Part shown: piece by piece, positions 1-15,950 of the stretch | Numbering within the stretch: the first letter of the stretch is position 1 | Layout: each line of letters opens with the position of its first letter | From: the human T2T-CHM13v2.0 reference genome, Homo sapiens | Assembly (NCBI RefSeq): GCF_009914755.1 | Contig: NC_060925.1 | Length of the DNA: 64,000 bases | Direction: 5' to 3' (one strand) | Program-made: the position numbers and the translations under genes | Notes under the pieces: generated by a model | The model's database searches: none | The model's input: the letters and a program-made list of their open reading frames with translations, nothing else | Told to the model about the DNA's origin: nothing

Positions 1-50
1 ACAGCCTCCCAAAGTGTTGGAATTACAGGCGTGAGCCACCGTGCCAGGCC
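1..50 (-). mobile_element. Alu 5' end, cut by the window edge
   Basis: cctcccaaagtgttggaattacaggcgtgagccaccgtgcc = antisense Alu head. Confidence 0.9.
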
Positions 51-1215
<1,165 letters not shown>

Positions 1216-1370
1216 TGATCCTAGGATTGTTTTTCTCAAAGGCCAGTTAGGCATTCCAATAAACATCTCCATAGAACACAACTTTGTATGTTTTGAAGAG
1301 ATGTGGTTGACAATAGTGTTCACTACATCACAGTGTTCATTACATCTTTTATGAAGATCTGCATAAGAAA

Positions 1371-1510
1371 TTTGCTTCCAGGAAACCAGATTTGCTCAAC
1401 TATTCACTCACTCACTAAATCACTCATTCATTCCCTCACTCACTCACTCAATCAATTCATTATTTAGTACATATACTTAAAATGCTTTTTAGGGGATTCA
1501 CCTGAGGGCA
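1371..1510. repeat. Left arm of non-Alu inverted repeat IR1 (partner 2295-2432)
   Basis: Aligns by eye with the reverse complement of 2295-2432 over ~140 bp. Confidence 0.85.
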
Positions 1511-1632
1511 GGGGACTTTGTTTCCAAGAAACTTTATCCGATAAATAAAATGAACTTGACACAGATTGGATACTTTAGCAACTGAGAAGCTCAGACTCAA
1601 ACATGCTGCCCATCTCTATGAATACCTTATGC

Positions 1633-1969
1633 CAGTGGTCCCCAACCTTTTTGACACCAGGGACTGGTTTCATGGAAGACAATTTTTCCATGGATGTGGA
1701 GGTGGCACGGATGGTTTCAGGATGAAACTGTTCACCTCAGATTATCAGGCATTAGATTCTCACAAGGAATGCACAACCTAGATCTCTCATAGGCACAGTT
1801 CACAAGAGGGTTTGTGCTCCTATGAGAATCTAATGCTGCTACTGACCTGACAGGAGGCAGAGCTCAGGCGGTGATGCTTACTCGCTTGCACTCACTCCTG
1901 TCGTGTGGCCTGGTTCCTAATAGGCCACAGACTAGCACTGGTCAGTGGCCTGGTGGTTGAGGACCCCTG
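1633..1969 (+). mobile_element. MER1B-like hAT-Charlie DNA transposon, complete
   Basis: TIRs cagtggtccccaacc / ggttgaggacccctg; 8-bp TSD ccttatgc at 1625-1632 and 1970-1977; 337 bp. Confidence 0.9.
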
Positions 1970-2294
1970 CCTTATGCTTAAGGTGAACATTTTGTGTATA
2001 CTACTGACTGATTTGACCTTATTTTCCTGCCGTTATATTCCTCGGATTTCCTCATGTTTTATTTTGATTCTGCTGTATCACATGCATCCCTGGAGCCACC
2101 CCAAATTGTATTTTGGAACAAAATGAGGTAGAAATAAGTAAACAAAAACTCCCAAAGTATGTTGGTATTTTTGGGCATTTCTCGAATTTCGCCTCATTCT
2201 GTGGTTCCTTATTAACATGTCCAAATTCCATACTAGAATTTATGGGCAAATAATAAGTCTCATTAACCTTTGTATTCTGTGCTGCCCCTCTCCA

Positions 2295-2432
2295 GCCCCT
2301 AGGTGAATTCCCTAAAAAGTACTTAAAATGTATCTACTTAATGACTGATTGAGTGAATGAGTGAGGGAACGAATGAGTGATTTTGTGAAGGAGCGAATAG
2401 TTGGAAGAATAAATTTGGCCTTACTGAAGGCA
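2295..2432. repeat. Right arm of inverted repeat IR1
   Basis: Reverse complement matches 1371-1510. Confidence 0.85.
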
Positions 2433-2567
2433 GGTGAAGCGCTTCCTCCCTGATTCCATTTTAGGAGCCACTGGGAGAAGACCAACATTCAACACAATAA
2501 TTCATCCTGCCCACTGGGTAGTGTTTATAATTCCACCCATCTGAGCTTCTTCCCATTATAATAGAAA

Positions 2568-2722
2568 GCATTTCTCTGTGTGGTCCTCTACATCAGAATC
2601 AGCTCAGTTACTTATTAATAATGTAGATTCCTAGGCCTCACCCAGGGGAAATAGAGAAGGAATTACATTTTAACAAGGACCCCAGTAGACTCTTTTGGAC
2701 CTTAAAGTTCGAGAAATATTGC
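2568..2722. mobile_element. MER5-family hAT relic
   Basis: catcagaatc...agattcctaggcctcaccc...ttttaacaag...aagttcgagaa. Confidence 0.65.
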
Positions 2723-3536
2723 CTTGAAATGATAAGATTTGGAAAGGGTATCATTTTAAGTGGTTATTGGTGCTTTATGACCTGGTGTGAATGATTTTTG
2801 CGTAGAGAAAAGGAAAAATGTGTTAGGACCCCAAAAACATCAATGCAAGAATACGCCAAAACACTGTCTTTAAAAAATGTACCTATGGTTAGTTTTGTGG
2901 GGAAATGAACACAATCTAGTTAAAATTCCATAAACATGAAGATTCAGGTGAGATGGCTTAAATTATAAATTTCATGAATTTTGTTGGCTTATGATAAGGG
3001 ACACCTATACTGTAAGAAATATGACACTAAAACAATAACTTTCATAAGCAAGGTTACTTTTAGCGATCCCTGTATACATAGATTTCAGATGGCTGGTTGG
3101 CTTTGAAAAGAGAATGGAAGGGTTATTTTGGCAACTTTGTACTTTCGTACTGATCCTGAACCGTGTCTTCCTGGAGGCCATTTTGAAGTGTGAAATTGAA
3201 GAGAAATACCAGGCAGGTGGCCAAAATTTTAGAGATTGGATGGAAAGTAATTCTTTTTTCTTTTGACTGGGACAGTGAAACCTAAAGATCTCTTCTGCAT
3301 TTGAAGATGTATTTTTGGCCTACTTTTACAGTACTCGTAAATAACACTTTTTAACTGGAAAACCCCCAAAACTCTCATATAGAAACCAAACCTTGTAATT
3401 TTATTCTTTCCTTATGTCAGCATGGGTCATTCATGTTTTGAAAGCAGCTTCAGCAAAATCCCCTGGTTTCAATTTTATTAAGATAACTGTTTCATTCATT
3501 CTTTTTGATAATATTCTTCTAAGCCAAACTCATTAC

Positions 3537-3680
3537 CCCAGTTCCTCTTGTGTATCCAGAGAAATCCATTGCCTTGGGCCCCAGCTGGATAGACAACCAT
3601 CTCAGAACGCAAAATACTAAAAAAAAAGTACCTGAAATAACATCTTTCAGAACCTCTGTGGTGAAACTTGCTTGAACTTT
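3537..3680 (-). ncRNA. Candidate exon of a minus-strand spliced transcript
   Basis: Acceptor ctttttcttatgcgttttag with upstream tactaag; donor GGG|gtaatg (alternative donor CAG|gtactt after 3632); 144 nt. Confidence 0.35.
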
Positions 3681-3724
3681 CTAAAACGCATAAGAAAAAG
3701 ATTGATTAACTTAGTAAAGTTGAA

Positions 3725-4023
3725 TTTTATTTATTTCTTTGAGACAGGAGTCTTGCTTTGTCACCCAGGCTAGAGTACAGCAGCACGATCTAGGCTCACT
3801 GCAACCTCTGCCTCCTGGGTTCAAGTGATTCTCCTGCCTCTGCCTCCCAAGTAGCTGTGATTACAGGTGTCCACCACCACCCCCAGCTAATTTTTGTATT
3901 TTTAGTACAGACGGGGTTTCACCATGTTGGCCAGGCTGGTCTCGAAATTCTGACCTCATGTGATCTGCCCGCCTCGGCCTCCAAAAATGCTGGGATTACA
4001 GGCATGAGCCACTGCACCCAGCT
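3725..4023 (-). mobile_element. AluS
   Basis: Full dimer; tgaatttt TSD. Confidence 0.92.
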
Positions 4024-4537
4024 GAATTTTAAATAACAATAAAATAAAAACATATGTGATGTACTGAAGAAAAAAACAAAAACAACTTAAAAGTTCAATA
4101 ATGAAAACGTGGTTAAATAAATTAAATTTTATCCAAATGATAAACGATTATGCAGCCATTAATTTTTCAAAGAATTTTTAGCAACTAGAAACATTGCTTA
4201 TGGTAGATACAATTTTAGGAAAGAAGAGTACAGAGTGTGTGATGTCAGTTATATAAATGTATTGAGATTTGCATAATGAAAAAGATGGAAAGGAAATAGC
4301 CAAAATAGTAACGGGGATTTTCTCTAGTTGTATAATTTTCTGTGATTCTCATTATCTAAATTTCCTAATTTTTTAAACAAAATAATTGCATTAAATTATG
4401 TCATTTTATTTCTTTGTTTTTTTTTTGTTTATTATTTTTAGATTTGTGCTGGCAAAACAAGCATTGTAAGTAAATTTTAAAGTCCGAGCTAGGAACATTA
4501 AATTATAGTATCTTTCCATTGTGATTTCCTGTTATAG

Positions 4538-4742
4538 CACTGATTCCCAATCTCTTGGCTGTCACCCTAATTTAGAAATTTTCCCACCTTAGTGTACAGA
4601 AGCTCACCTGGTATGCCCTGCCTCCACCCCGGGTTCCAGATTTGCTAAAGAAAGTCTGAGCACAGGCCCAGGAACCTGCATTTTTAACAGGCATATCTGG
4701 TGATCTGATGCAGGTGGTAAGTGGCCCACTTAACAGGCACTA
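4538..4742. mobile_element. MER5-family hAT relic
   Basis: ggcccaggaacctgcatttttaacag...ggtgatctgatgcaggtgg. Confidence 0.65.
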
Positions 4743-5059
4743 CTCTAAAATCTCCTAACCTCATCCCCTCATTTTCGTTTTCTCTCTTCTTATTGTGCCA
4801 ATCAAATTCTCCTGGAGTAGGGAATAACTTTATACCAGCCTCTTATATCCATCTGGTAGTGGTATTAGAAATTCCTGATGGGAATATGGATCATGGCAGC
4901 CATGTGAGGAAGTCATGTGTCAGGGGATCAATTTTCCTGTCTATCCTCTTTATCCAACCTATAAACCCTTTCCATCAGTCTCACTCCATTTATGAAAAAG
5001 GTTCCTCTTTGAAAATTGTGTTTAAGGATTCCTTTTTAATCATTGAGCCACTGGTTGAA

Positions 5060-5225
5060 AGGCTGTAAGTAAGTTATGTAGTCTTGCTAACCCTAAATTT
5101 CCTCACCTAAAAAAGGAGAATACTGTAATATCACCTTGTATAGAGGTAGTAAGGATTAGAAATAATATAAGTAAAATACTACCACAAAGCGAGACTCAAT
5201 CAAAGACAATATTATCATTATTTAC
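5060..5225 (+). mobile_element. MIR relic
   Basis: tttcctcacct...ggagaata...aggattagaaataatataagtaaa core-like text. Confidence 0.55.
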
Positions 5226-6081
5226 AGGGATACAGTTTATTGAGAAGCAAAACAAATCAACCCAATTTATAGTGTAATGTTATTTTCTTGAGCCCACCTG
5301 AAAAAAAAGAGTGTCTGAATGTGCAAATAAGAATTACTCTGAGTATTAGACTTCCCATATCAAAAAACTTATAATTGTCACTTTATTTTTCAAAAATAAA
5401 TGAGCTCTGTTGAGCTAAATCAAAATATATTTAAGAAATAATGTTCATGGCGGTGGAGTATAAAACATAATGGACAGCTTTTGCGGGTGATTAAACATCC
5501 AAGTGATGCTGAGACACATTGGATAACCACAAATGTAATGACTGTGAGTACCTGCCAATGCCAAAATCATTATTATTAATACATGACAAGGAAGAGCCAA
5601 CAAACCACAACAGGAGAGGGGGAAAATAGTGTTTTTTTATCTCTATTACTGTAAGATATGGTTATGGTCCTACAGTCGCGCACATACACACCCACACACA
5701 AACACACACTCAAGTTACCTGTTACTTCAGCTGGATTCTGAAGGACATCTAAGTGTTTCATTGTCATGTTGGGTCATCATTTTGCTAAGTAAATTTGATT
5801 AATCGTATCATTGATACGATGGGTCTTTACAACAGAAGACTACTTTACCTAATCTGTCCAATATGGTCAACAGAATATGAAAGGCCTAATACCAATGTAT
5901 ATTTGAAAAGACAGATGTGAAAGACCTGGTACCAAAAATATACTCGAAAAGGTAAGGGAAGAGAAATTGACCAATTTAGGGGGAGACAAAAGCAGAAGGT
6001 GAAAGAAAGAATCAAAAAAAGAAAATGAATGAAAACATACTACTAATTAAATACAAAATCAATACTAATTAGAACTATAGT

Positions 6082-6315
6082 ATGCATTCATTCAACAAAC
6101 ATCTACAGAATCTCTACTGCATGCCTGGTGATGTAAGAGTCTGAGAGATGAGGCTGCTAGAGCCCCTGCCCTACATTGGTTGTTGAGTTGGGGAGATAGG
6201 GTATATGACACCTAGTAGATGAGTTACTGGGAAGCTTTCATTTGTTCAGTCAACAATCATTTAACACCTCTGATAAGCCGGGCTTTATGCTAAGCAGTGA
6301 TGCATATACAAAATG
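6082..6315 (-). mobile_element. L2 3'-end fragments
   Basis: cattcattcaacaaacat...ctactgcatgcc. Confidence 0.5.
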
Positions 6316-6523
6316 ATGATGAGAATACAACAATTATTTGAGTTCAGAAGAGATAGAGCACTTATGGGATTAGATGTTGGATAACAATATTAGGATAAAT
6401 AGATATGAGTGAATATTATAATGATGTTATTCAATAGTGACTCAAGCAAATACTGTATCTCTTGTGCAAATGCATTAAGTTAGATGCTTAATAAGTGTTA
6501 ACTGGGGGCAGATAAATTTTATT

Positions 6524-6880
6524 TATTTATTTTTTTACTTGATTTTTCTGCTTTTTTTTTTTAATATACTTTAAGTTCTAGGGTACATGTGCACAACGTG
6601 CAGGCTCATTACACAGATATACACGTGCCATGCTGGCTCGCTGCACCCATCAACCCGTCATTTACATTAGGTATTACTCCCAATGCTATCCCTCCCCCTG
6701 CCCCCCACCCCACGACAGGCCCAGTGTGTGATGTCCCCCACCTTGTGTCCAAGTGTTCTCATTATTCAATTCCCACCTATGAGTGAGAACATGTGGTGTT
6801 TGGTTTTCTGTCCTTGTGATAGTGTGCTCAGAATGATGGTTTCCAGCTGCATCCATGTCCCTGCAAAGGACATGAACTCA
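6524..6880 (-). mobile_element. 5'-truncated L1PA (about L1PA5-7) 3' UTR
   Basis: tactttaagttctagggtacatgtgcacaacgtgcagg...; 20-bp TSD gggggcagataaattttatt at 6504-6523 and 6881-6900. Confidence 0.93.
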
Positions 6881-7402
6881 GGGGGCAGATAAATTTTATT
6901 AAAAAACAAAAAGGGAAACATACTTTCTACCTCTTGGTGGTCGTCTTTGTAGTTGCCAACAGGCTAGACTTTTATTTGTTTTGTATTACAAGTGTCCAAA
7001 TGTGTAATTCTTTCTAATTTATTGATCTACCTTGAATACTATGATGTACCTTGAATACCATCAAATAAGGTCAGTTTAGTTGGCAGGGCATGTCTTCAGA
7101 GGAGGGCAAACAGTCTCAGCAGTCTATAAATGCAAATGTACCAATCTGGGGCTTTCTTAGAGAACTAACTGGAGCATTAAATCAGGGAAATAGACAACTA
7201 AACTTAAATTTCACATTCAGGCGAGACACACATTCTGAAGTCCTACTTGATTAAAAGAAAAATTTATAAGTGACAATGTTGTTTATAAATATATCAATAT
7301 CCATACATTTTAAAATATATTCACTCACAGGGCTAAGAAAGTTCTGTATGTTTTATATGTTCTTCATAATCAATAGCCTGTAAGATTTGTATTCAGATTT
7401 TA

Positions 7403-7735
<333 letters not shown>

Positions 7736-8587
7736 TAGTAGGGCTTTTTATCAATACAGTTCAACACACCCTTATTGAGTGTTTTGGAGCAAAAATTACT
7801 AAGAGTCCTTAACCTCTAACAGTTCACGATCTAATGGGAAAAAGTCACCCCTTTTTTAGACTATTTCACTTCTCTCCTTTTCCAGGTTAAAGGACACAGT
7901 CCTTGTTTCAAGAGCATCTACAGAGATTTCCAAACTCCCTTGCTCCTCCCTGCCCTCCTGCTACTTAGGACGGCTGTCTCTCCTCCCCTCACCACAGGTC
8001 CCATTCTCCCCTTCTTTCTTAGGAATGTTTTGCTCTCTCCATGCTTATCCCTTTTCTCTCTGGGAATTTCAATTCACTCTCTCAAAAGAGATTGAAACGT
8101 GCTCAGGATTATCTCATCTAAATAAAAACAAACAGCAAAAACCTCCCTAAGACCCTATATCCTTCTTCACCCTTATCGCTCTCTTCCTTTTTACAGTCAA
8201 GTTTCTAAAGCATTATGTGTACTTCCTGTGTATTTCCTTACTTCCCACTGGCTCCTCAACTCACTTTAATACAGCTTCCACCCCTTCCCCCCAAGACAGC
8301 TCCTACTATCAATTATCTCCCAAATGCCATGGGTACATTTGAGGCCATATCTCTGTCCACCTCCTTGAAATGCTTGGTTTCAGTGATACCGAGATCTCAT
8401 GTTCTTCCCACGTAGTGACTGCCATGCTGGAGCAGCCTGGCAATAGTGGTCCTTCAATGTCATCCTCGGAAGAAACGAGAGGTGGCTACCATCTCCCCAC
8501 TCTTCCTCTGCAGATGCTCTTCTACCCTAAAGCCCAGAGTCCAGGCTGTCCTTGAAGCAGAGCCTCTCCCCAGATGAAATGACTGGG

Positions 8588-8680
8588 GTTTTTTGTTTTG
8601 TTTTGCTTTGTTTTTTTGAGATAGGGTTTCACTCTGTCGCCCAGGCTGGAGAGCAGTGGCGCAATCAGGGCTCACTGCAC
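8588..8680 (-). mobile_element. Alu right-arm fragment
   Basis: tttgagatagggtttcactctgtcgcccaggctgg. Confidence 0.85.
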
Positions 8681-9348
8681 CCTGATTGTTTCTATTTACA
8701 GAATTTTTATAGAGGAAACATGGTCAGGCTCCAGAAGATGGGGAAATTAAAAAAAAAAAAGAAAAAAGAAAAAGATGGGAGCAGAGGGAAGAGAGGTTTT
8801 CGGGCTGGGAATTGGACCAGGAAATCTTCCTTGCCTTTCCTCCTCTCCATTCTTGCCCCTACATCTTAAGGTGGCTCCCATCTACCTATTTACATAAGAA
8901 AAGGAAAAGGTGCTGAACTTCACTGTGACTTGGAAATGGGGATTAAAAGGTACATTGGAAGGGTTTTGGACAGGATAGAACTGTGGTGTAAATGCTTTAT
9001 AAATCAACACATCATTGATCAGTTAAAAAATTTTAGAGCGTGTAACCATCTAGATTTGCCTCAAGACATAAATGACCCGGATTTCAGAGTTTTAGGAACA
9101 TGAGATAATGTTGGAAAGTTTTTCTCTGTAAAAAAACAGTGTGATATACTGGAATACCAGAATTCAGAAAGCTGGAGTTGAAGTCAGGTCTCTACCTTTT
9201 TGGCCCCTCCTCAGCCTCATTCTTCCTTCCCCAAACTTTAAAGGCTAGAATTTCCCATGACTAGTCCCAAACACTGTACTTCTCTCACACCCAACCTCTC
9301 CTGAGGCCGTCTGTCTTAGCTGTGACCATAGCCTGGTGACACTCACAT

Positions 9349-9483
9349 TTTTTTCCTTTTCTTTTCTTTTCTTTTTTTTTTTTTTACAGAAACAGTCTCA
9401 CTATATTGCCCAGGCTGGTCTCAAACTCCTAGGCTCAAGCGATCCTCCCACCTTGGCCTCCCAAAGTGTTGGAATTACAGGCC
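9349..9483 (-). mobile_element. FLAM (Alu left monomer)
   Basis: gtctcactatattgcccaggctggtctcaaactcctaggctcaagcgatcc. Confidence 0.85.
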
Positions 9484-10217
9484 TTAATTTTATCTCCAGG
9501 CCTGATCACTCACTTGAGCACCAGACACAAATGTCCAGCTGCCAGCTCGGCATCTCCACTTGCTTATCTCAGGCCACACATGGTTTTTCAGGGTTCCCTC
9601 TGTCAGGAATGACAATGCCATCCACCCAGTTCTGTGAACCAGAACATTTCCCCCAGTCCTGATGACTTTTCCTCCTGAACATAAGCTGGGTTTGTAAGCT
9701 TCTCCGCATCTTCACCATCCCCCCAGCTCACACCTCCATGGTTGTGCCACCAGGCCGCTCCAGTAGCATCCCAACAAGCTTCCTGCATCCAGGCAGGCCC
9801 TTCTCCAGTGTATTCTTCTCAAGTAACAGTAATGATCTTTATAAAACTCAAGCCACATTATATTGTATCAGCTGTTACTTAACGCTCTCTAAGAGATTCC
9901 CACTGCTCTTAGGGCAAATACTCAAATCCTGAACATGGTCTACTAAACCCTATCCAGCCTGACGCCCGTGTACCTTCCAGTCTCATCTTGCACAGTCCTT
10001 GCTTTCAGCTCTGGCCTTATTAAATGTCTTTTAGTTTCTTCAGTACATGACACTTCCTTCAGCCACAGGGCCTCTGCGCATGGTGTTTCCTCTCCCCAGA
10101 ATACCCAGTCCCCACTAATGAACACTTACACTTTTCACCTTTCCACCTAGATATCATTTTCCTAATGCCCTAGGGCCTGCCTGCACTAGGTACGGTTCCC
10201 CTGGGGCATTCTCTGTC

Positions 10218-10494
10218 TTTTTTTTTTTTTTGAGATGGGGTCTTGCTCTGTCGCCTAGGTTGGAGTGCAGTGGTGCAATCTCGGCTCACTGCAGCCTCTG
10301 CTTCCTGGGTTCCAGTGATTCTCCTGCCTCAGCCTCTGGGTAGCTGGGATTACAGGCATGCGCCACCACGCCCAGCTAATTTTTGTATTTTTAGTAGAGA
10401 CGGGCCAGGCTGGTCTCAAACTCCTGACAGGTGATCCGCCCACCTCGGCCTCCCAAAGTGCTGGTATTACAGGTGTGAGCCACGGCACCCGGCC
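10218..10494 (-). mobile_element. AluS with small internal deletion
   Basis: Dimer; TSD ctgg(g/t)gcattctct. Confidence 0.92.
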
Positions 10495-10930
10495 TCCCTG
10501 GTGCATTCTCTTATACTGCCATGCATATCTTTCCTTTATAGATGTATCCAATGTAAACCCAGTTGGATCTAGTTTTAATTGTATGCTTCTTATGACTTAC
10601 TTTATTTTGTGATTTACTAGTCTACAAACTCCATGAAAACAGGAATAAGGTCCGGTGCTGTTCACCCTGGTATTCCCAGTACCTATAACATTACCTAGCA
10701 CATTTTTAGGCACTCCATTGAAGATTAACCACCAAAGTACATTAATTTGAATAACCATAAGTTATCTCACGATGACTTTAAATTTTAAGTCATATAGTTC
10801 CCCTTTCCCCTTTCATTTTTTCTCAAATCTTTCTTAAGCCTCTCCTACATTTTCTCACTCCCTTAACCTCTTTTAAACCTTCTCACCTTTGCCTCCTGTC
10901 CTCTGTTATCAGAGACCTTATTTGATAACA

Positions 10931-11232
10931 TTTATTTTTGTTTATTTATTTATTTATTTTTCTCATTCTGTTGCCCAGGCTGGAGTGCAGTGGCACGATC
11001 TCAGCTCACTGCACCTCTGCCTCCCGGGTTCAAGCGATTCTACTGCCTTAGCCTCCCAGGTAGCTGGGATTACAGGTACCCGCCACTATGCCCAGCTAAT
11101 TTTTGTATTTTTAGTAGAGACGGGGTTTTGCCATGTTGGCCAGGCTGGTCTCAAACTCCTGACCTCAGGTAATCCACCCGCCTCGGCCTCCCAAAGTGCT
11201 GGCATTACAGGTGTGAGCCACCATGCCCAGCC
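10931..11232 (-). mobile_element. AluS
   Basis: Dimer with (TTTA)n tail. Confidence 0.92.
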
Positions 11233-11559
11233 GATAAAATTTAACAATATAAAGTTGATATAAGTTGTTCCCTGAGTATTCTTGAGCCTGTGGAAAAATA
11301 AAAAATCAAAGTTTTTACTTTCTTCCTTGTGTTTTTCCCTCCAACCCTTTGGCACTGGCTATTAGATTACCCATGAACAGTAGCCAGGGATGACTATGGG
11401 CCTGTAGGACTGTCACAGTAGACAGTCTCCTTCTAGGTATTGTTAAATACCTTTTAGAAGTTGGGTCTGGAAGATGATGGTGTCTCAGTTGTGACCTTGT
11501 GTCCAAAATACCTCGTCAACCAGCTTTCCATCCAGGGGGTCTAGCATGTGCCCTCTTAG

Positions 11560-11735
11560 CCTCCTGTACAGCTCCTTGGAAGTACTCCCCAAATTATAAT
11601 TACTCACTTTGCAATTACATAGTTGTTTAATATCTGTTTCTCCCAGAATTAATCCCCACAGCTGGTTGTTGGCTGTGTCCACACTGCCTGGCACAAAGTA
11701 GAAGCTCAATAAATAACATTGAATGAATAAATATA
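11560..11735 (+). mobile_element. L2 3' end
   Basis: tgcctggcacaaagtagaagctcaataaata...tgaatgaat. Confidence 0.7.
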
Positions 11736-12190
11736 ATTAACCAAAGTAAAGATTTGGCAGACTTTCCCACTTGGTTATGCTTTTCTCTGGACAGCTAAAT
11801 ACTCTCATTAAAGGCTATCATTGCTGTACATTAAATACTATCATAAATATCAGTTATACTAACACTAGTAATTACACTGAAATTAAAACTATATAATTTA
11901 GAGCAACATTTAGAGAAATGCAAAAATGAGGGTACAGTTACTTTTCACATAAATCCTTACTCATTTGATAGCTACTTATCTTTTTCATGTTTTTTCCCTC
12001 AGGCTGAAGTAGAAAGTGTCATATTTAAGGTCTTTTCCATGTCTAGAAACTCAAATGGTTTCAAGAGCTATCATAAGCATCTTCCTTGAGATTCAAATGC
12101 AACAGTGATTTGAGTATTTTCTACACACCAGGCGCAATGTTAAATATTTCCCCTGTACTATTTTATTTTCTCCTTATTATATCTCTCTAG

Positions 12191-12613
<423 letters not shown>

Positions 12614-12929
12614 TGAGGTTTAAAAGTTTCTTTAAACACCATCTGAATTAAAAGTTAAATGTTAAAGTATAGAAAAATCAGATGTACTTATTACCTCTTT
12701 GGAAAAATGATAATTTCCTAAGCTTTGAAAAAAAAAAAAGAAATCACAAAAGAACAGATTCCAGTCAAAGACAATAAAAATATTGCTGAAATGAGGGTGT
12801 TATAAGAAAAAAAAAAACACAATAAGTATTTAAAACACAAAAACTACTAAATAAGAGGAAGTTGGGAAACATATCTCAAATATTATACAGAGAGACTCTA
12901 CTTACTGCTAATAAAATCCCTCATAGATG

Positions 12930-13035
12930 AATCACTTGAACTTGGGAGGCGGAGGTTGCAGTGAGCCGAGACCGGGCCACTGCGCTCCAGCCTGGGAGAC
13001 AGAGCAAGACTCCGTCTCAAACAAACAAACAAAAA
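12930..13035 (+). mobile_element. 5'-truncated Alu (end of right arm)
   Basis: 17-bp TSD aaaatccctcatagatg on both sides. Confidence 0.9.
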
Positions 13036-13333
13036 TCCCTCATAGATGCTATGTTATTCCATCATATGGGGTGAGCTATTTGACATTGGGGTGATCCGAA
13101 TCCTCCACCAGGGTAGACTTCACATCTTAGTTATCTTTCTCTTCCTGACATCTTCCAAAACATCTGAACAATTGTAGACATGCACGCATGTACATACATA
13201 CAGGCACACATGCACATACAGGTGCACGTGTGTGCAATGCACATAATACATCTAATAAATAACCTGGCAAAAAGTAGACTTTCAACAATTTTATTAAACT
13301 AAACTAAATTGTCTTAATCATTATTTGTTGAAA

Positions 13334-13666
<333 letters not shown>

Positions 13667-13796
13667 TGAAATACATTAGGAATCAATGAAAACGTTATAT
13701 TTTATTTGTATAGGTGTGAAAATACTCAGCTGGATCTAGGGGTATGCTTTGGTTCATCCATCCAGTCGGTATTAAAGCTGATGTAAAAAGGCTCAC

Positions 13797-14210
13797 TGCT
13801 ATCGTTTGAATGTGTCCTCCGAAGTTCGTATGTGGGAAACTTAATCCCCAATGCATCAGTGTTTGGAGGCGGAGTCTAACAACAGGTGGCTAGGTCATGA
13901 GGGCTCTGCCTCATGAATAAATTAACGCCGTTATCGCGGGAGTGGGTTTGTTATATCAGGAGTGGGCTCCTTATGAAAGCGTGAGTTTACTCCCCTCCCT
14001 TCCCTCGCCCTCTCTTTACTCTTCCACTCATCTGTCATGTGAGGAACAGTGTTCTTCCCCCGCGCCCCCGTAGGATGCAGCATTCAAGAAGCCATCTTAG
14101 AAGTGGAAGCCAGGCCCGCAGCACACACCAAACCTGCCAGCACCTTGACCCTGGACTTTCTAGCCTCCAGAACTATGAGCCAATAAATTTCTGCTCATTA
14201 TTTTTAAATT
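13797..14210 (+). mobile_element. MaLR solo LTR (MST family)
   Basis: tgctatcgtttgaatgtgtcc...aaacttaatccccaatgca...ggactttctagcctccagaactatgagccaataaatttctg. Confidence 0.88.
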
Positions 14211-14812
14211 ACACAGAACTTCCCAAACGGTTGGGGTTTTTGTTTTTGTTTTTACTAAATTGTGATTGTTATCACTAACACAAATATTTAAGTTTACTTC
14301 TATATCTTATAGTAATAGGAATATAAATATATTAGAAAATGGTTAGAAAATAAACTCAGAAAGGATTTGGGCATATTTTATCAGTCCTATTTTGCTATAG
14401 TTCTGTACTCTCTTGCTTCTAATATAAAATGTTCAATATTCTAGAAAGGAGATAACATGCCTTCACCCACAGTGAGGCTGGAAATGTGGGACCAGGTGGG
14501 TTCTCCTTCTATTCTCATTGTCTGCCTATTTCTCAACCTTAAGCAAAATATTCGACACATATTAGTCACAGTCATGTCCTTAGTTTTTTTTCTTTAATAT
14601 TTCATCAGATAGAAATCATGTGGTATCTACACCTAGCAAGGACCTTCACAATGTTTTGTCTCAACAGAGGGCTGACCCCTGAGACCTGTGCTAATTCTAA
14701 GACAGCTGAGGCCCCAGGAAGGTATTTCATCTTCTACTTCCCTTGAATCCCTTTCTGTACTCAGCACAGTACTGCAAACATAGGAGGACCGTTTGAGGCA
14801 GAACTGGTGGGG

Positions 14813-15451
<639 letters not shown>

Positions 15452-15596
15452 TTACTGCTGCTTTTTACTAAAGAATGTGTGGTAAAATGTACAATATGAA
15501 GAGTAGATAGTACACTCAGAATTTACCAAAAAGGAGAAAAACAGAATAACAGTAGGCTGCATTTGAAGTATAAAATTTGGTGATCTTTAAAATTAA

Positions 15597-15950
<354 letters not shown>

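Larger units (their letters stand above)
7990..10730 (+). mobile_element. Fragmented L2 (ORF2 to 3' end), interrupted by Alu pieces
   Basis: Pyrimidine-rich L2 text (ggcatctccacttg, ccatccacccagtt, caaatcctgaacatgg, aaactccatgaaaacagg, cctagcacat...ggcactc). Confidence 0.65.
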
